A stretch of DNA of 64,000 nt from an uncultured Cytophagia bacterium (GCA_964539665.1 CAZIKB010000002.1:3609-67608); one strand, 5' to 3'. Shown: positions 10,255 to 20,244, numbered from the stretch's first letter. Notes: a model not told the origin generated them from the letters alone. Numbers and translations: made by a program.

Positions 10255-10286
10255 TTGGAGTATTGGGCAACTAATCCAATACTCCA
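10255..10286. terminator. Hairpin between convergent genes (GDPD on +, metallophosphoesterase on -)
   Basis: TTGGAGTATTGG-gcaactaa-TCCAATACTCCA is a 12 bp perfect stem, preceded by an A/T run. It is positioned to terminate both converging transcripts. Confidence 0.5.
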
Positions 10287-10339
10287 TCATTCGACTATCA
10301 AACTGCATGAATGATAATAATTTGAATTTGCTTACATAA

Positions 10340-11509
10340 TCAATACAAAATTTCAGAATGTCTTAAAGAATAGGAATCACCCTGTACATCACTTCGGTAA
10401 ATCTCTAATTTTACTTTGTCTTCTGTAACATAAAATTTAAGGAAGGTGCTTCTGGCCCACCCGGCGTTTTGCCATAAGGCCTGGAAATATTTTTCCTTAG
10501 AATCCCCGCCTTTTTTGTAATCTGAGTAAAATTGGGCAAGAAGTTGAACAACAGGCGTGCCTTTCAATCCCATGTATTTTAACCATTTATCAATCTTTTT
10601 TGTGTTTGCCTCATAGTGTTCTTTTATCGCTTTCTGTTCACCTGAATTATGTTTTTTACCCTCTAACATACCTGCGACAAGTGATTTGTATAACTCATCC
10701 GGATATAATTTATCTTCCATCCCGCGGGCATGCCCGGCATCGATTTGCCAAAGGCCGTTAATCTTTGCATAAGAGGTGTTGTGAGTATGACCACAAATAT
10801 ATGCAGTTACGCCATATTTAAACAGCAATTGATGAAAACGAAAAGCATTCTTCGGGTACTTGTTCAACGAATCATCCAAATGGCGGACACGGCCATTATC
10901 CATATCCGGCATAGCCAGGATCGGTTCGTGGCCAAACACAAGAATATGTTTCTTAGTGTTAGCAGAAAGGTCTTCTTCAAGCCAGTTCAGGAGTTCAGGA
11001 ATGACGTCCCCATCGGTTCCCCAGTCAGTCTGGCCATCATAATACTGATTAAGTACTATAAAATGACAATTATTCCACTCGAAAGAATAAGTAGTTTCTT
11101 CACAACCGCGAGGCCCCCTGCGAACCAGATTAGGAAGATTTTTTTCATTCTTATTATTTTGCCTGATATAATCCATAGTTGATGGAGATTCAGGTTCATG
11201 ATTACCTACTACCAGGTACCATGGATAATCTTCACCTAATACTTTGGTAATCACCTCCCGCAAACCGCCTGGCGGCTCAACATCGAGATCACCGGGGATT
11301 ATCATAAATGCGCCTTTTCCAACTTTGTTAATAGCTGACAATGCTCCAGGAAAATGTTGTGGTGAATGGTTATCTTCGGTTGCGAAATTACGCATATCTG
11401 CGGCTACAATAAAGGTAAAGGCCTCGTCCCATTTTTCCTGTGCCGAAAGATGCAAATATACAACGACTACAAAAAATGCTACTTTAACCAGGAATCTTAT
11501 TTTTTTCAT
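10340..11509 (-). CDS. Secreted calcineurin-like metallophosphoesterase
   Basis: Signal peptide MKKIRFLVKVAFFVVVVYLHLSA. Metallophosphatase motifs GDLDVEP, VVGNHEPE, GHEPIL and GHTHN are present. Confidence 0.75.
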   Translation of the reverse strand: MKKIRFLVKVAFFVVVVYLHLSAQEKWDEAFTFIVAADMRNFATEDNHSPQHFPGALSAINKVGKGAFMIIPGDLDVEPPGGLREVITKVLGEDYPWYLVVGNHEPESPSTMDYIRQNNKNEKNLPNLVRRGPRGCEETTYSFEWNNCHFIVLNQYYDGQTDWGTDGDVIPELLNWLEEDLSANTKKHILVFGHEPILAMPDMDNGRVRHLDDSLNKYPKNAFRFHQLLFKYGVTAYICGHTHNTSYAKINGLWQIDAGHARGMEDKLYPDELYKSLVAGMLEGKKHNSGEQKAIKEHYEANTKKIDKWLKYMGLKGTPVVQLLAQFYSDYKKGGDSKEKYFQALWQNAGWARSTFLKFYVTEDKVKLEIYRSDVQGDSYSLRHSEILY

Positions 11510-11707
11510 CTCTCTCCGTATGTTTTTCAGCGACTTAAATCCACAAAGACTGGTTACCCACTCTGCTCAGCAAACACCATAAAATTGTCATTCGAATCTG
11601 CCTTAGCGGGTTAGGAATCTGGTTTCAGACAAAACCACGCTTTTTAGTATTGCCCGATTTCTCACTAACATTCGAAATGACATGATCGGAGTTAAATAGA
11701 AAACCAG

Positions 11708-12601
11708 CTATTTATATTTTCTCTGGATAAGAGCTTCCACATCACTAATTTTTCTGCGAATTGGACCTTCAGCTTCCATCTTCAGGCTCGTTACAGCCGC
11801 TGCCCAGATAGTGGCATCCGCTGGAGCAGCAGTCAACCTTCTGGCTGAATATGCCCCGATACAGGTATCCCCCCGACCGCTGCGACCAACAAGTTTTTCA
11901 GGATGAAAGGCTGCCTCATTAAAATTGTTATCAGCATAGACTAACAAGCCATTTCGGTGAGTAAGTACAATCTCTTTGGGGCCGAGGTCGGCCAGAATGC
12001 AGGCTGCTTTTTTGATATCATTTTCACCAGTCAGCATTTCAGCCTCTACGGCATCGGTTTTTAATATGTCTATTTGAGACAGTACCTCTCGCTTCTCTGG
12101 CCAGGCTTCATTTTTCAGTGTACCATCTGACGTTATTATTCGCACGAAGCCTTGTACATCTACGGCAATCAAGGTCTCTTTTTTTCTCAAGTGCTTTATT
12201 ACCTCAAGTGTAACTTCCCCGCGGGTTGACGCATTAATAAGAAAAATTTTTGCCTCGATGTCTTCAACTTGAGCAGGTGTGAATGCCCCTGCAATACTTG
12301 CTACTGAAAGGATTCGTTCGTCCACATTGGAAGTCGGGTAGTAAAGACGCATAAGGGTAGATTTGGGCGTGAATTCCGGGAACACCTCTACTCCCAATTT
12401 AACCAGAGCATCCACTACACGGCTATCTTCCTTCGCCAGCCGGGTAATGGTAGCGACCTTCAGTCCCATCATCGCGGCAACATGAGCGCCGTAGTTGAAG
12501 CCTCCACCATCAACATGTCTTGTTCCAGAAGCAGATACGATCGTGTCTTTTGTGTAATTTCCTATTATCGCCAGATCAAAAAGGTTCGATTTATTCTTCA
12601 T
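11708..12601 (-). CDS. PfkB-family carbohydrate / sugar-phosphate kinase
   Basis: The ribokinase-like N-terminus DLAIIGNYTKDTIV...GGGFNYGA and a C-terminal GRGDTCIGAY-type anion hole motif. Confidence 0.75.
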   Translation of the reverse strand: MKNKSNLFDLAIIGNYTKDTIVSASGTRHVDGGGFNYGAHVAAMMGLKVATITRLAKEDSRVVDALVKLGVEVFPEFTPKSTLMRLYYPTSNVDERILSVASIAGAFTPAQVEDIEAKIFLINASTRGEVTLEVIKHLRKKETLIAVDVQGFVRIITSDGTLKNEAWPEKREVLSQIDILKTDAVEAEMLTGENDIKKAACILADLGPKEIVLTHRNGLLVYADNNFNEAAFHPEKLVGRSGRGDTCIGAYSARRLTAAPADATIWAAAVTSLKMEAEGPIRRKISDVEALIQRKYK

Positions 12602-12616
12602 TTATTTAACCTTCTT

Positions 12617-13969
12617 TTAGTCACTAACTTTTGCACGCCACAAAGTAGCTGCTAAAATCAAAGATACAACAGAAGCACCAATCCACAAAATTATAGCATT
12701 GCTAAAGTCGTAGTGAGATGCGCCATCTACGATGGTCTTACCTTGTTCAATTAAATGTCCACTAATCAAATCCTGTGTTGCTGCACCAATATAGCTGAAT
12801 ACACCTATAAAACCCATTGCAGCGCCAGCCGCTCTTTTAGGTGCAATATCAATTGCAAATAAACCGCCCAGTACCGCCAAAAGACCATTTAAAGTAAATC
12901 CATATATGACGAATGCGATTGTTAATAGAATCACTTGATCTGGCGGACTAAAGAAAATAATTATTAGAGCCAGTACTTCGACTATGCCAAATATCAATGT
13001 CAGGGGAGGACGCCTGGCTTTAAAAAATTTATCAGACATGAATCCATAAGCAATACTTCCGGCAATTCCAACAAACGCGCTGAGTCCAACGAGACTGCTG
13101 GCCTCAATTATGGAGTAGCCTTTTGCTTCCTGTAAGTACAAAACACCCCAGCTATTGATCGCATACCGGGATACATACATAGTCGCACTTGCTAATCCAA
13201 GTACCCATATCGCTGGTATTTTAAGCATGAGTAATTGAAATTTTGCCGTTTTTATAGGTTGACCACCAGTTTCGACCAAAGGGACACCGTGGTCATTTTT
13301 CCAATCGGCAACGGACGGTAAACCTAAGGTCTGGGGACGATCCCGCAGAAAATGATAAATAGCAAAGGCAACAAGAATGCAAAATATTCCTGGACCCCAG
13401 AAACCATATTGCCATCCAAAAAAGCTAACCAATGCAGCCGAACCAAAAAATGTAAGCGCTTCGCCAATATTTTGACCCGTACTGAAAATTCCATAAAATA
13501 TACCACGCTCACTTTTACTAAACCAATTTGCCAGTGTCACCGCACCTGTTGGGGCTCCAAACCCCTGAAACCAACCGTTGAAACCCCAGAGTAAGACCCA
13601 GATCCAAACAAGGTTAATCCTTCCCATTGCCAGGTTAATCAAGGCAGTAACTATTACACCTACAGCAAAAAATCGTTTTAAGTTGGCATGGTCGGCTAAA
13701 AATCCATTGGTTAATTTGCCAAAGGCGTACCCGTAAAAAAGCGCTGAACCGATAACACCTAATTCATACGCAGAAAAGATTTCCAGGTCTAGTAATGGTT
13801 TTTTGACTACAGACATGCCAAGCCGGCAGGTGTAAACGAATCCATAACCAATTGTTATGGTCAGAAGTACAGATATCCGATTCCTTTTATACAGTCTGTC
13901 AAGCTCTTGCTTATTTTCGAGAATGGGCTTATCTTTGCCAGTTGCAAAAAAGCGAAATAGATTAGCCAT
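12617..13969 (-). CDS. MFS organophosphate:phosphate antiporter (GlpT/UhpT family), likely a glycerol-phosphate transporter
   Basis: 450 aa with 12 TM segments. GWFQGFGAPTG...SKSERGIFYGIFSTGQNIGEAL and KRAAGAAMGFIGVFSYIGAA closely resemble the remembered GlpT motifs GWFQGMGWPP..SQKERG and KKAAGTAAGFTGLFGYLGG. Confidence 0.75.
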   Translation of the reverse strand: MANLFRFFATGKDKPILENKQELDRLYKRNRISVLLTITIGYGFVYTCRLGMSVVKKPLLDLEIFSAYELGVIGSALFYGYAFGKLTNGFLADHANLKRFFAVGVIVTALINLAMGRINLVWIWVLLWGFNGWFQGFGAPTGAVTLANWFSKSERGIFYGIFSTGQNIGEALTFFGSAALVSFFGWQYGFWGPGIFCILVAFAIYHFLRDRPQTLGLPSVADWKNDHGVPLVETGGQPIKTAKFQLLMLKIPAIWVLGLASATMYVSRYAINSWGVLYLQEAKGYSIIEASSLVGLSAFVGIAGSIAYGFMSDKFFKARRPPLTLIFGIVEVLALIIIFFSPPDQVILLTIAFVIYGFTLNGLLAVLGGLFAIDIAPKRAAGAAMGFIGVFSYIGAATQDLISGHLIEQGKTIVDGASHYDFSNAIILWIGASVVSLILAATLWRAKVSD

Positions 13970-14018
13970 GATTTCCCTCCCTCATCAGATTAAACGGCAG
14001 GATAAATAATTTCCTCAG

Positions 14019-14047
14019 CCAATCAAAACAAAACAGGTTTTGATTGG
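14019..14047. promoter_or_regulatory. 11 bp perfect inverted repeat between the Zn-ADH gene and the GlpT-like gene
   Basis: CCAATCAAAAC-aaaacag-GTTTTGATTGG. It could be an operator for the transporter gene or a weak terminator for the ADH gene. No U-tract follows on the minus strand. Confidence 0.3.
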
Positions 14048-14077
14048 TAGTAAATGATTTTGATATTGCTTAAATTG

Positions 14078-15262
14078 CTACTTCAAAATAGAAGTAATTT
14101 TTACTTCGTTCCGATCGGTTTGGAGCATGACCAAATTTTCAGGTACATCCTCCAATTGGATTTTCTTTGTAATCATCTTTGAGACGTCCATTCCAGCCGC
14201 CATACAGCTTATAACCCGCGGAAAAGTACCATGACCGGAGTGACCTTGCGCGCCTACCACACTGGCCCGGCGTACTTGTAAAACTTCGCCGGTTAATGGG
14301 ATTTTGGCGTCTGCACGAGCAACCACTACAACGGTTGAATTCAGAGTCTTGCCTTCCCAGATAATCCTTTCCACGTCAGGCCAGACCACACCTGGCAATC
14401 CTGTAGCTTCAAGAATTGTTTTGGCGCCCATACCTTTGGTTATCTCCAAAATAGCCTCAGCAGCATTCACACCTGTCGGATCAATCGCATGGGTTGCACC
14501 TAAAGCCAGCGCCATTTCACGACGCGATTCAGATGGCTCCGAGATAATAACCGAAGCTGCTCCAGAACGCTGTAATATGGCACAGGCTGCTGCACCGATT
14601 GGTCCACCTCCCAATATAACCACATGATCGCCCGCACGGATTCCGCCGCCACGCTCAATTACTGCGTTATATGCGACAGAACACGGCTCGACCAGGCTGC
14701 CTAAAAGCATCATCTTTTCTTCACCATAGATATCACGCAGCTCTTCAAGACTCCAAACATAACGGGACTCCACTTTGATGTATCTTGCATAAGCGCCGTC
14801 AATGGAAAAGCCAATTTCTTGCAGACGTTCACAATGATTGGGAAAACCGTCCGCACAAGGTCTGCATTGCGCACACCATTCCATTTCTTCCGAACAGACT
14901 GCCTCTCCCGGCACGAATCTTTTGCCAGTACGTTTATTTATGGCCAGATTACCTGAATCGACAACCACGCCAGAGAATTCATGGCCTAAAGTACATGGAA
15001 ATGCTGTTAAACCCGGATAAAAAATATAACCATTTTCATCGGTTTGTCGCATGTGTACATCGCTGCCGCAAATACCGCAAGCCTCCACCTGAATAAGTAC
15101 CTCAGATGGACCAGGAACGGGTTCCTTCTTTTCGACAATCTCTACCAGAGGATTCCGCCAAACCTTACTCCCCAAATAAGTTAATTTTCCCTCAACATCC
15201 TTAAATCCTAATTTGAAATCAGATTTTGGCTCCCAATCGGCTGAAAGAGTTACAGTTTTCAT
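14078..15262 (-). CDS. Zinc-dependent alcohol / polyol dehydrogenase (MDR family)
   Basis: Zn-ADH signature ACGICGSDVHM. A second Cys cluster CAQCRPCADGFPNHC (structural Zn). Rossmann motif ILGGGPIGAAACAIL. Confidence 0.75.
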   Translation of the reverse strand: MKTVTLSADWEPKSDFKLGFKDVEGKLTYLGSKVWRNPLVEIVEKKEPVPGPSEVLIQVEACGICGSDVHMRQTDENGYIFYPGLTAFPCTLGHEFSGVVVDSGNLAINKRTGKRFVPGEAVCSEEMEWCAQCRPCADGFPNHCERLQEIGFSIDGAYARYIKVESRYVWSLEELRDIYGEEKMMLLGSLVEPCSVAYNAVIERGGGIRAGDHVVILGGGPIGAAACAILQRSGAASVIISEPSESRREMALALGATHAIDPTGVNAAEAILEITKGMGAKTILEATGLPGVVWPDVERIIWEGKTLNSTVVVVARADAKIPLTGEVLQVRRASVVGAQGHSGHGTFPRVISCMAAGMDVSKMITKKIQLEDVPENLVMLQTDRNEVKITSILK

Positions 15263-15297
15263 GCTACCTCCGTTTACTTAAAGCACAATTAATAATT

Positions 15298-16413
15298 TCA
15301 GGTGATTAACATTTTTTTAATATTTAATACCGACGATCGTTCAACTAAATGTGATTTTAACACAACTTTCTGCGGCTTCAATATTTCACCTTTGATGCGG
15401 GACATGATAAGCTTCATACTCTCCTGTCCCATTTCGTAAATTGGCTGATGCATCGTCGTTAACGAAATAGTCGTAAAAGGCAGATCATCATACCCGACAA
15501 TTGAAAGATCATCAGGAACTGAAATTCCTGATTGTTCGGCTTCATAATATAACAAAAGCGCGATTCTATCATGGCCGGCAAAAACAGCGGTCATTTTTTG
15601 CTTTTGTTTCAGAAATTCTTGAGCATGCTCAAAATAATGGTTCTTAATAAAAGGCCCCTCATCTACAAAGATGATTGACGGTTCAATTGGCAAGTTATAA
15701 TCAGTAAGGGCCTGCTTATAGCCCTCAAGCCTTAACCGCTCAGTGCTAAAAAGGGAGCTAATAATTATTCCTATCTTTTTATGGCCTTTTTGAATAAGGT
15801 ATTTTGTAATATTATAAGCGCCCTCGAAATTATCAGTAGTAACATGATCAATATCAATATTCGGAATGGTACGATCGGCCAGAACAACCGGTATATCCCT
15901 TCTGGTGAATTTTTCAATAATGAAACGATTTTTATCATCAGTTGAAGCTGTGGGTACAAATATTACTCCGCTAACTGAAATTTCAATAAGACGTTCTGCA
16001 TGAAATTCAGCTTTTACAAATAAATCATCTGTGTTGCAAAGCACCATGCTGTGCCTACTTTTTGCTGCTTCATCCTCAGCGCCGCGGGCCAATTCGGGCG
16101 CATAGCCACTTCTGATGTCTGGCACAAGTACACCAACGATGGTCTGTTTGTGACTATTAGCTGTCCAATCCATGACAAATGTTCCCAGCCTTCTTTTTCT
16201 CGATAAATATCCAATGTTTACAAGGTTCTGCACAGCCTGTCGAATGGTAGCACGCGCTAAACCTGTTTTTTGGGACAGTGCTTCTTCCGTCGGTATTTTC
16301 TCATTTGTCTTGAAAACACCCTGTTCAATTTGCTCGATGAGCCAAGTTTGCAATTGAAAGTACTGTGGGATTGGACTGTTTTTATCGATAATCATGGTAA
16401 AGGAATAGTGCAT
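15298..16413 (-). CDS. Transcriptional regulator with an N-terminal GntR-type HTH fused to a LacI-type periplasmic-binding-protein-like sugar-binding domain
   Basis: The HTH is EALSQKTGLARATIRQAVQNLVNIGYLSRKRRLGTFV. It is followed by a PBP-like core (IVGVLVPDIRSGYAPELARGAEDEA...VIFVP...IPVVLADR). The true start may be the internal Met (MIIDKN). Confidence 0.65.
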   Translation of the reverse strand: MHYSFTMIIDKNSPIPQYFQLQTWLIEQIEQGVFKTNEKIPTEEALSQKTGLARATIRQAVQNLVNIGYLSRKRRLGTFVMDWTANSHKQTIVGVLVPDIRSGYAPELARGAEDEAAKSRHSMVLCNTDDLFVKAEFHAERLIEISVSGVIFVPTASTDDKNRFIIEKFTRRDIPVVLADRTIPNIDIDHVTTDNFEGAYNITKYLIQKGHKKIGIIISSLFSTERLRLEGYKQALTDYNLPIEPSIIFVDEGPFIKNHYFEHAQEFLKQKQKMTAVFAGHDRIALLLYYEAEQSGISVPDDLSIVGYDDLPFTTISLTTMHQPIYEMGQESMKLIMSRIKGEILKPQKVVLKSHLVERSSVLNIKKMLIT

Positions 16414-16801
16414 TTGTTTAATTGTCTATACAATAGTACAATTTGAAATTTATAATGTCAAGCCTTTTTAAAATAATATTATCGGAACTTAATTTTCACT
16501 CTATTGAGAGACTAAAAAATCCGACTGTATTTTGTTTATTTGGAGAATAAATGAAACTCTTAGAATATAACACTCACCTACCAGGCAATACACCTGTTCC
16601 TGCTTCGCTGAGTTAGAAATGACCATATTGACTCAAGATCGGTCAAACACTTTTCAGATTATTTTCTTAAATACAGGCTTTTCTTACTTATAAAATCCCT
16701 CATTTTTAAGATAACCAGTCAAGTCTCATGGTGAATAAGACGATATAACTGCAACCATAAATCCTAACCTGTTTTCTAAGTAAGCGCGGTTAAATTTCGT
16801 A

Positions 16802-17608
16802 ATGCAAAAAGAAACTATGGAAGATACCAATTCTATATTAGAAATAGAAAAATGTTTTGAAAATTTCAATTCATCCATTTCCGGTATTCAGAAAGTATAT
16901 AGCAGGTTGTGGCGTCAGATTGAAGAGACCACTAATAAAAACAACTTTCCCCGCAACAAGCTTGAAGATTTGGCTGGAAATCTGGCGCATGAAATACGAA
17001 ATCCATTGGGCGGGATTGCAAATTTTGTCTCTCTCCTTTCTGATGAACTTGGTCCGCAAAAGTCTAAAAACGTTCAGGGAATTTTCAAAGGGATTGATCG
17101 TATTGATAAAATAATGGATAACTTCATATTATTCAGCAGACCTATTGACTCGACTACAATTCGATGTAATTTTCTTGATTTGATTAAAAGTGCCGTTACC
17201 TCCGTTAAAAAATATTCAATTAAAAATGAAAATCGTTTTCGCTTTATTTTTCAATTCACTGATCCGGAATTATATGTACGTGTTGATCCGCAACATATGA
17301 TCCAGGCGCTGCAAAACCTTCTGCAGAACTCGATTGAATCAATGCCGACAGGTGGGACTATAAAATTATCGATCTCCCAAAAAATGAATTCGGAAAAGCT
17401 GAGATTATCTGTTGCTGATGAAGGATGTGGGATTCACAACGGAGATCTAAATAAACCATTCAATCCATTTTATTCAACCAAACCAGATGGTATTGGTTTA
17501 GGTCTTTCCACCGCTCAAATGATCATTGAACAGTCGGGCGGGCGTATTTGTCTCAAAGAAAATGCAAATTATGGAATTAGAGCAATAATAAAACTTCCGA
17601 TAGTCTGA
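16802..17608 (+). CDS. Soluble sensor histidine kinase (HisKA + HATPase, no TM or sensor domain)
   Basis: H-box LAHEIRNPLGGIANFVSLL. N-box ALQNLLQNSIES. G-boxes DEGCGI and GIGLGLS. Its stop overlaps the start of the downstream activator (TGATG), which suggests translational coupling. Confidence 0.75.
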   Translation: MQKETMEDTNSILEIEKCFENFNSSISGIQKVYSRLWRQIEETTNKNNFPRNKLEDLAGNLAHEIRNPLGGIANFVSLLSDELGPQKSKNVQGIFKGIDRIDKIMDNFILFSRPIDSTTIRCNFLDLIKSAVTSVKKYSIKNENRFRFIFQFTDPELYVRVDPQHMIQALQNLLQNSIESMPTGGTIKLSISQKMNSEKLRLSVADEGCGIHNGDLNKPFNPFYSTKPDGIGLGLSTAQMIIEQSGGRICLKENANYGIRAIIKLPIV

Positions 17609-18984
17609 TGACAAACAACTTAAAAACAAAAAAAATATTGGTAGTAGATGATGAACCACTAATTGGGAGTTCTTTAGAGGAAGCGCTAAAAAAGTGGAAT
17701 TACGACGTTACACTACAATGTGATGGCGATCAAACTATTGCACACCTGACCCACAATAAATATGATATGGTTTTAACAGATATACGACTTCCAAATTGTA
17801 CCGGTATGCAGATTCTGGAAAAAGTCAAAGAGACTTCGCCATCCACGCCTGTGATTATGATGACAGCATTTGGCACCATTGATCAAGCTGTTGAAGCCAT
17901 AAAAAAAGACGCATACGATTATATTACTAAACCTTTTTCTTTAGAAAAGATAAAAAGATGCCTTGACAATTATTTCAGAAATCAGCAATTAGAAGAAGAA
18001 AACAGAAATCTTAGAAAGGCGCTGCAGGACAAATACTCACTTGATGAATTCATTGGCCAAAATCAAAATATCAAGAAATTGTTCAAGACCCTTGAAATAG
18101 CTTTCGAGAGCGACGCGACAGTTTTCATTCAAAGTGAGAATGGTACTGGAAAAGAGCTTATTGCTTCAGCAATTCATTACAACAGCATGAGAAACGTCAA
18201 ACCTTTCATCAAAATCAATTGCGCTTCCATACCAGAGAATCTCATAGAAAGTAAACTTTTTGGTCATGAAAAAGGCGCTTTTACCGGTGCGATTAAAATT
18301 TTCAAAGGGGTCTTTGAGGAAGCAGATGAAGGAACATTGCTGTTGGACGAAATCACAGAGATGCCGCTTCATTTACAAGCCAAACTCCTCCGAGTATTGC
18401 AGGAAGGTGAATTTTCACGATTAGGCAGCAATTATGTCAGATACTCGGATGTTCGAATAATCGCGACCTCAAATAGTGACGTGCAAAAAGCTGTTGAAGA
18501 AGATAAATTTCGAAAAGATCTATACTTCAGACTGGATGTTATTTCTTTACGCATCCCACCCCTGCGTGAACGAAAGGACGATATCCCTCTGCTTTGTGAT
18601 CATTTTGTTAATAAATATTCTGCAAAATATAACAAAAAACTCGATGGTATAGAACAGGAAGTATTAGACAATTTCTCAAACTATCACTGGTCCGGGAATG
18701 TTCGAGAGTTAGAAAACATTATCCAGCGCTGTGTGTTAAGTTGCCCCGTCGGTAAAAAAATAGGAATGGAGCATTTGTACAATCATTGGCCAGCAAGAAA
18801 AAACAAGACGCCTGAAGATACAAATATTAATGAGGACCTTTCCATTGATGAAATGGAAAAACGATTAATCGTTTCAACTTTAAAAAGACATAATAATCAT
18901 AAAACCAAAACTGCAGAAATTCTCGGAGTTACACTCAAAACATTGAGGAACAAATTGGTTCAGTATGAATTGATGCCTGATTAA
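17608..18984 (+). CDS. Sigma-54-dependent response regulator (NtrC / FlrC / FleR-type enhancer-binding protein)
   Basis: REC domain (ILVVDDEPLIG...VLTDIRLP). AAA+ sigma-54 activation domain with Walker A SENGTGKEL and the diagnostic GAFTGA loop (HEKGAFTGA). C-terminal Fis-type HTH (KTKTAEILGVTLKTLRNKL). Confidence 0.9.
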   Translation: MTNNLKTKKILVVDDEPLIGSSLEEALKKWNYDVTLQCDGDQTIAHLTHNKYDMVLTDIRLPNCTGMQILEKVKETSPSTPVIMMTAFGTIDQAVEAIKKDAYDYITKPFSLEKIKRCLDNYFRNQQLEEENRNLRKALQDKYSLDEFIGQNQNIKKLFKTLEIAFESDATVFIQSENGTGKELIASAIHYNSMRNVKPFIKINCASIPENLIESKLFGHEKGAFTGAIKIFKGVFEEADEGTLLLDEITEMPLHLQAKLLRVLQEGEFSRLGSNYVRYSDVRIIATSNSDVQKAVEEDKFRKDLYFRLDVISLRIPPLRERKDDIPLLCDHFVNKYSAKYNKKLDGIEQEVLDNFSNYHWSGNVRELENIIQRCVLSCPVGKKIGMEHLYNHWPARKNKTPEDTNINEDLSIDEMEKRLIVSTLKRHNNHKTKTAEILGVTLKTLRNKLVQYELMPD

Positions 18985-19283
18985 CTAAGGCGTTCCTTAA
19001 TTTCCATCTACCGCATATAACAATCCCTCAACAGAATTATAACTGGTGCAACGATTCCCAATTATCATGGCCATATTCAATGAATATTTTTTTCAGGATT
19101 TTATACCGGAAAAAAGTATCACAACAGTTAACATTTTTACTACTCAAGTTTAACAATTCGAACTTTCATCACTTAAAAGTCAACTTAAATGCAAATTAAT
19201 ATTCAGGCATAAATAATTAAATATCAATAGCTAATGTTAGTTAATATCCAGGTGATTCATTTAGATTAAAAATAGTATACTAA

Positions 19284-19299
19284 TGGCACATATGTTGCC
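19284..19299 (+). promoter_or_regulatory. Sigma-54 (-24/-12) promoter of the flgB operon
   Basis: TGGCAC-atatg-TTGCC matches the TGGCAC-N5-TTGCW consensus exactly, with correct GG-to-GC spacing. It lies about 28 nt upstream of the flgB start (AGGAG RBS at 19316) and directly downstream of the sigma-54 activator gene. Confidence 0.7.
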
Positions 19300-19326
19300 A
19301 GCAATTGCACCAAATAGGAGAATGGT

Positions 19327-19719
19327 ATGTCAAATTTTAATCCATTGGCTAAAACTTTAGTTCCTTTAATAAAGAGTAGCCTTAACGCTTATGCTTCAAG
19401 ACAGGAAGCAATTGCTCAGAATATTTCAAACATAGAAACCGAGGGTTATAAACCTCTTAAAGTTAATTTTGAAGAAAATTTGCAGCGGGAGTTATCAAAC
19501 AAAAAATCTGTGTTGGCGAAATCGAATCCCAGGCATATGAATATAAGGAGAAGTAATATCGAGATTGAAGAATCCTTAGATAGGGACAATCAGAGCCTAA
19601 ACATTGAAAATGAAATGGCAGAACTGGCTAAAAATCAGATTCGGTTTGACTTTGCTGCAAGAGTGTTAGCAAGATACTACCGGGGTATTCGTACGGCAAT
19701 ATTTGGTCGTCCATCATAA
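19327..19719 (+). CDS. flgB: Flagellar basal-body rod protein FlgB
   Basis: 130 aa. The rod N-terminal signature AQNISNIETEGYK and its position before flgC. Confidence 0.9.
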   Translation: MSNFNPLAKTLVPLIKSSLNAYASRQEAIAQNISNIETEGYKPLKVNFEENLQRELSNKKSVLAKSNPRHMNIRRSNIEIEESLDRDNQSLNIENEMAELAKNQIRFDFAARVLARYYRGIRTAIFGRPS

Positions 19720-19736
19720 TATAAGGAATTATAAAA

Positions 19737-20234
19737 ATGAAAATCGGCAATTTTTTTTCTTCATTCAAGATCACAGCTTCTGGCTTAAACACACAAAAGA
19801 GGCAGCTTGATATCACAGCAGAGAATATAGCCAACTCCAGTACTACGAGAACGGACAAAGGCACGCCTTATAAACGAAAGGTCTTATTAAAGAAATTGAA
19901 CAGCAGCGCCCCACTTTTCACAGGGATGTTAAATAGAGCCAGGGTAAGCGTGCGCACTACAAATCCAAACCATATTTCTTCCAGCACTAAGGGCGCCAAT
20001 AGCTCTGTCATAGAAGAATTTAACATGGAAACTGAAATGGTAGAAAGAGCGCAATTTAAAAAAATATATGACCCTGCTCATCCGGATGCTGATTTGGAAG
20101 GCTTTGTTGAATACCCTGACATCAACGTTATTAACGAAATGCTCGATTTGATCACAGCAAGCCGGGCTTATGAAGCAAATATCACGGTGATGAATGCGGC
20201 AAAAAACATGGCTAAAAAGTCGCTGGAGATTTAG
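19737..20234 (+). CDS. flgC: Flagellar basal-body rod protein FlgC
   Basis: 165 aa. ASGLNTQKRQLDITAENIANSSTTRT and a C-terminal rod motif NVINEMLDLITASRAYEANI. Confidence 0.9.
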   Translation: MKIGNFFSSFKITASGLNTQKRQLDITAENIANSSTTRTDKGTPYKRKVLLKKLNSSAPLFTGMLNRARVSVRTTNPNHISSSTKGANSSVIEEFNMETEMVERAQFKKIYDPAHPDADLEGFVEYPDINVINEMLDLITASRAYEANITVMNAAKNMAKKSLEI

Positions 20235-20244
20235 GAGATAATTG

